This document shows positions 59,725-64,000 of a stretch of DNA of 64,000 bases, piece by piece. The first letter of the stretch is position 1; every line of letters starts with the position of its first letter. The DNA is from Macrostomum hystrix. Taxonomy: Eukaryota; Animalia; Platyhelminthes. The stretch is taken from contig CATNEN010000034.1 of assembly GCA_950097015.1 (NCBI GenBank), positions 1 through 64,000 on the forward strand, read 5' to 3'. The notes beneath the pieces are model-generated. The model saw only the letters and a program-made list of their open reading frames with translations. It did no database searches and was not told the origin of the DNA. The position numbers and the translations under genes are program-made.

Positions 59725-60789
59725 AGCTGCTGCTGCCGATAAGCCGTTTTATAATATCCGCCTCGCTTCCGGTAGAGATAGTTCAGAATTGCGCAAACTC
59801 CGCTTTATCCAATAGCTGCAATGAGAATTCTGTTATTTGTAAGATAACAAATCGATTGCCTCAGTAAAAAACAGCCGTTGATTATATATTATTAATCAGC
59901 TACTTACAACTGAAATAATTAGCGTCTGGCTTGCGCTGCAGCAATCTTATTTTTGCTACCGCGGTCAGAGACGGCCGCTTTTATAGTCGAGAGCCACTGT
60001 CTAATAGAGAAGATGAAGGAAGGGGTTCAGGGTACCCTATCCTCCTATTGCTACAGTTCAGAATGGCCCGCTAAACTAAGCTTAGAGGGAGGGGCCAAAG
60101 CCAGTTTCAGCCAATGAGAGGCCCATGGAGACCGCAGGCTCTCAGCCCGTTGGTCGGCGCAGGAGAGCAGACAGGAGCAGCAGGACGGAGGGTAGTGTGT
60201 CTCTAGGCGGAGCTTGAAAGGCCCCCTAACATACACACAAGGATGTGTAAGTGAGCGAGTGTGTGCGTGTGCGTGTGTGTGTCTAGGCAAGTTCTAGGCT
60301 AGTATGAGTGGTAGGGGGGATAATAAGGCAAGCAGTGCTAAAAAACCAAAGTGCTTTTGGCCACAGAGAGATCGGAAAGAGCCGAGGCGAGGGTATGGGA
60401 GGAGAGAGTGAGTACAGGCAGTGCGCAGGAGCACCCGAGCGTGTTGCGAAAGGCAGCCTGCGATGGGGTAGGCGGCAGCTGCGGAGATGGGAGAAGGAAG
60501 AGAAAGCATTGATGGCTGCCACACAGATGCAGTCCGTGCGACACGGAATAATAAAACTGAGGAAACAGAGCGAGATAGGGAGGGAGATGAAGGGGATAAA
60601 AGAACATATTCGAATCCCAATCTGACTGCACAAAGATATTCATTCACTTACTTTTTTATCAAAGCAACTTTTCATTTCATAATTTTTACCTTTATATAAC
60701 GACAAAACAGAAAAAACCATGACTTCCGCTTTCATTTCTATTCTAGAGTGCAAATTAGGAAAATAAATTAAGTACACTGTCATATGCCC

Positions 60790-61440
60790 TCTGAGCTGAC
60801 TTAATACAAATCACAGCTTACTGACACCTGTCATCTGAGCTGACTCAATACAATTCACAGCTTACTGACACCTGTCATCTGAGCTGACTCAATACAAATC
60901 ACAGCTTACTGACACCTGTCATCTGAGCTGACTCAATACAAATCACAGCTTACTGACACCTGTCATCTGAGCTGACTCAATACAAATCACAGCTTACTGA
61001 CACCTGTCATCTGAGCTGACTCAATACAAATCACAGCTTACTGACACCTGTCATCTGAGCTGACTCAATACAAATGACAGCTTACTGACACCTGTCATCT
61101 GAGCTGACTCAATACAAATGACAGCTTACTGACACCTGTCATCTGAGCTGACTCAATACAATTCACAGCTTACTGACACCTGTCCTCTGAGCTGACTCAA
61201 TACAAATGACAACTGTCCTCTGAGCTGACTCAATACAAATGACACCTGTCCTCTGAGCTGACTCAATACAAATGACACCTGTCCTCTGAGCTGACTCAAT
61301 ACAAATGACAACTGTCCTCTGAGCTGACTCAATACAGATGACAACCTACTGTCACCTGTCCTCTGAGCTGACTCAATACAGATGACAACCTACTGTCACC
61401 TGTCCTCTGAGCTGACGCAAATGACAAATACAAATGACAG
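60790..61440. repeat. 44-bp minisatellite (tgactcaatacaaatcacagcttactgacacctgtcatctgagc)
   Basis: Visible; shortens toward the right end. Confidence 0.92.
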
Positions 61441-61782
61441 CCTCTACTGATACCTGTGATCTCATTTTCAAAAATTATATATTTAGCTTCGGTAAATGTA
61501 CTAATAACACTCACTTTATGACGATGTGATAATAATTAATTTTTCGAGAAATAAGTCTAATCACAGGAAATAGGAACAGGAACTATTGCGTCAGAGCAAT
61601 CAATTATCCCATTCACAGTTGACAGACAGCCAATTCCCATGAGTGCGCCCAAGCTCTAAAAAGTCTCAGAAGCATCATTCACTTACTGAACAGAACCAGT
61701 CAAATCAAATCAAGCAAGTCAAAAACTGAATAATTGGTACCTTCAACGCGCCATTGAACACACCCATGTTTAGCGAAAGCAT

Positions 61783-62100
61783 ATTCTCATGCGCTGTACC
61801 TATTCTCATGCGCTGTACCTATTCTCATGCGCTGTACCTATTCTCATGCGCTGTACCTATTCTCATGCGCTGTACCTATTCTCATGCGCTGTACCTATTC
61901 TCATGCGCTGTACCTATTCTCATGCGCTGTACCTATTCTCATGCGCTGTACCTATTCTCATGCGCTGTACCTATTCTCATGCGCTGTACCTATTCTCATG
62001 CGCTGTACCTATTCTCATGCGCTGTACCTATTCTCATGCGCTGTACCTATTCTCATGCGCTGTACCTATTCTCATGCGCTGTACCTATTCTCATGCGCTG
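61783..62100. repeat. 19-bp minisatellite (tattctcatgcgctgtacc)
   Basis: About 16 identical units. Confidence 0.95.
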
Positions 62101-62869
62101 TGCATTGTTTTAGCGTGAAAATGAATATTTATGGTCAATTAAAGATGATTCAATTAATGAAATCAATATTTTTGTTGAAAAAATCCTATGTCTATCGTTC
62201 TACGTTTAACTTCGTTCTACGAAAGCTTCGAAATTGAAATCGCGGACTGCAGGCGATTTCACGAAGGCCAAAAAAACAACGCGTCGTCTCCTAGGAGCAA
62301 AAATCGGATGCGGAAAGTCGGCAGCCAAATAATGGGATCAATTGAACAACGAAAGGTAGAAGATTAGAAGGACAAAGAGTAATGGAATGGAAACCTGACT
62401 CTGCCCCCCTGCTCATTAGGATAAGTACAGATCAAAATACAGCATAGTAGTCTCTATTCCATCCACTTCTGCATTCTAATTTCACCGCGTTGCCTCCTTT
62501 ACAGCCCCGCTCCCCGCAGCTCCTCCTTAACTCCCCCAAGCACCCGGAATTGTCTCCAATATCCCAGGCTAAATACCCTCAGTAGACTGATCACCCTTTG
62601 TTGCAGCTGGCAATCTGTTAGAAGGATGAGAAATAGGACGCGTGTGGGAACCCCACCTGCTATAGCTGCTGCTGCTGCTGCTGCTGCCGCTAATGAGGAA
62701 AAGACCTGCAGCCTTTAGACTTACTAATTTACGCCTACCTTCCCTGGCATTTAAACCTCGCTTTACTCTTAATGCTTAAATCTGTTTTGTTTCTCACTAT
62801 GTACTCATTCTCGCGCTGCTTTTTTCCGCCTTGACTCTATTCTCCTATTTGTGTCCTCCTTTATTAAAT

Positions 62870-63030
62870 TATATTGGGACCGAGAGGTCGGAAGTTCGAG
62901 TCTTAGCCCAAGGTGTGAAATCATATCACCGAGTATGAGTCATGACACTCACTTCTCCATTTCTTCAGTTCATCCAGTATGTAAAATGAGTACAAGCATC
63001 CCCTGGGGTAGAAATTAGGGTGTCCATGTA
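62870..63030 (+). mobile_element. Old, degenerate CORE-type SINE fragment
   Basis: B-box-like gaagttcgagtc and cactcacttctccatttcttcagttcatccagtatgtaaaatgagtac, similar to the 14440-14480 CORE block. Confidence 0.55.
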
Positions 63031-64000
63031 CTTAACCCTTTCTATTTATCCCAGGGTTGCAAAACGTCGCCAGTTTTGCGCCAAAAAAATTTATCCGCCG
63101 AATTAGCGATCGAACAAATATTTTTTATCATACATAAGCAACATGTTTTCAGACATTAAATGCACTTATCTACCTGTGCGAGTATTGCCGAAGTCACAAC
63201 AGAATACACAGTTGTACCCAGACAGGCAAGGTGAATGAGTGCTCAGATAACACAGGCTGTCAAGTAGACAGACAACATCCATGCCTCACTCAGAGCCCAC
63301 TACCATTTATCCTGCACCGGCGAGTCCTATCGAGCACCGCCCCCCCCTCCCCCAGCTAAGCCCTTCAGCGCCCGCCCACGCAAGAGTCTGCATCTTCCAG
63401 CAGAAGAGAGCGAAGCTAGAGTGTGCCCACCTAAACTGAGCCCGAGAGACAGAGACAGGTGGGAAGCCGCGAGAGACTAAGGGGGAAAAAGGAAAAATTG
63501 GGAAATGGATACGAGCTTGGCTGTATTATTCGCACAGCCAAAAAAGTGAGGGAATAAGAGAGAAAATAGGTGCGCTAAGACATAAAGAGTTGCATCAAAG
63601 TGTACCAATATTTTTGGCGTTGTGGTACACTACATTTTCTTTAGGGCTAGAAAAAATGTGCTTGATCTAGGTCCCAGCTTTAACTAAATTGTTTGGTAGA
63701 ATAATCACACGATTATAATTTCATAGCGGTTAGTGTGAATCTTTATGCTATTATAAGTAGTATAAGTTGCACATAAATACAAGTTATATGCAAAACGCAT
63801 GAAATACAAAGAGAGTTTGTATTTGCAAGTAATACAAAAATCTCTTGTACAGATTTCTTATCCTGGTATCCAATATTCGCCCAGGTACTGAAGCAATAGG
63901 TCATTTATAGCTATATAATAATAGCTATATTATTATATAGTTAGGGGACAGAAACAGCACATAGACAGCGCACAGATGGCGCACAGACAGTGCACAGACG

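Overview
Eukaryotic (animal) genomic DNA with GC-rich exons, AT-rich spacers and minisatellite-filled introns. The style suggests a free-living flatworm such as Macrostomum lignano; this is inference only. All host genes I could reconstruct lie on the minus strand: DDX27 (5' part, many indels), a METTL21A-like methyltransferase (indels), two intronless RING/B-box/coiled-coil (TRIM-like) paralogues plus a truncated third copy, RINT1 (7 exons, no cis start codon found), ALDH2 (5 exons), DUSP19 (2 exons) and MEF2 (3 exons). RINT1's last intron holds an intact 4.77 kb Ty3/gypsy element with identical 151-bp LTRs, a CATGC target-site duplication, a tRNA-Leu PBS, a SCAN-like Gag and the Gmr1-type order PR-IN-RT-RH. 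Also present are a TGT...ACA foldback MITE with a 5-bp TSD, two CCC...GGG MITEs flanking DUSP19, other TIR elements, CORE-type tRNA SINEs, a mariner relic and about 20 distinct tandem arrays. The strongest leads are (1) an ALDH2-RINT1 operon-like arrangement in which a spliced-leader AUG could supply RINT1's start codon, (2) the Gmr1-type element, and (3) a TRIM-like cluster with a homogenised coiled-coil and highly divergent C-terminal domains. Exon boundaries were read by eye, and repeat boundaries are approximate.
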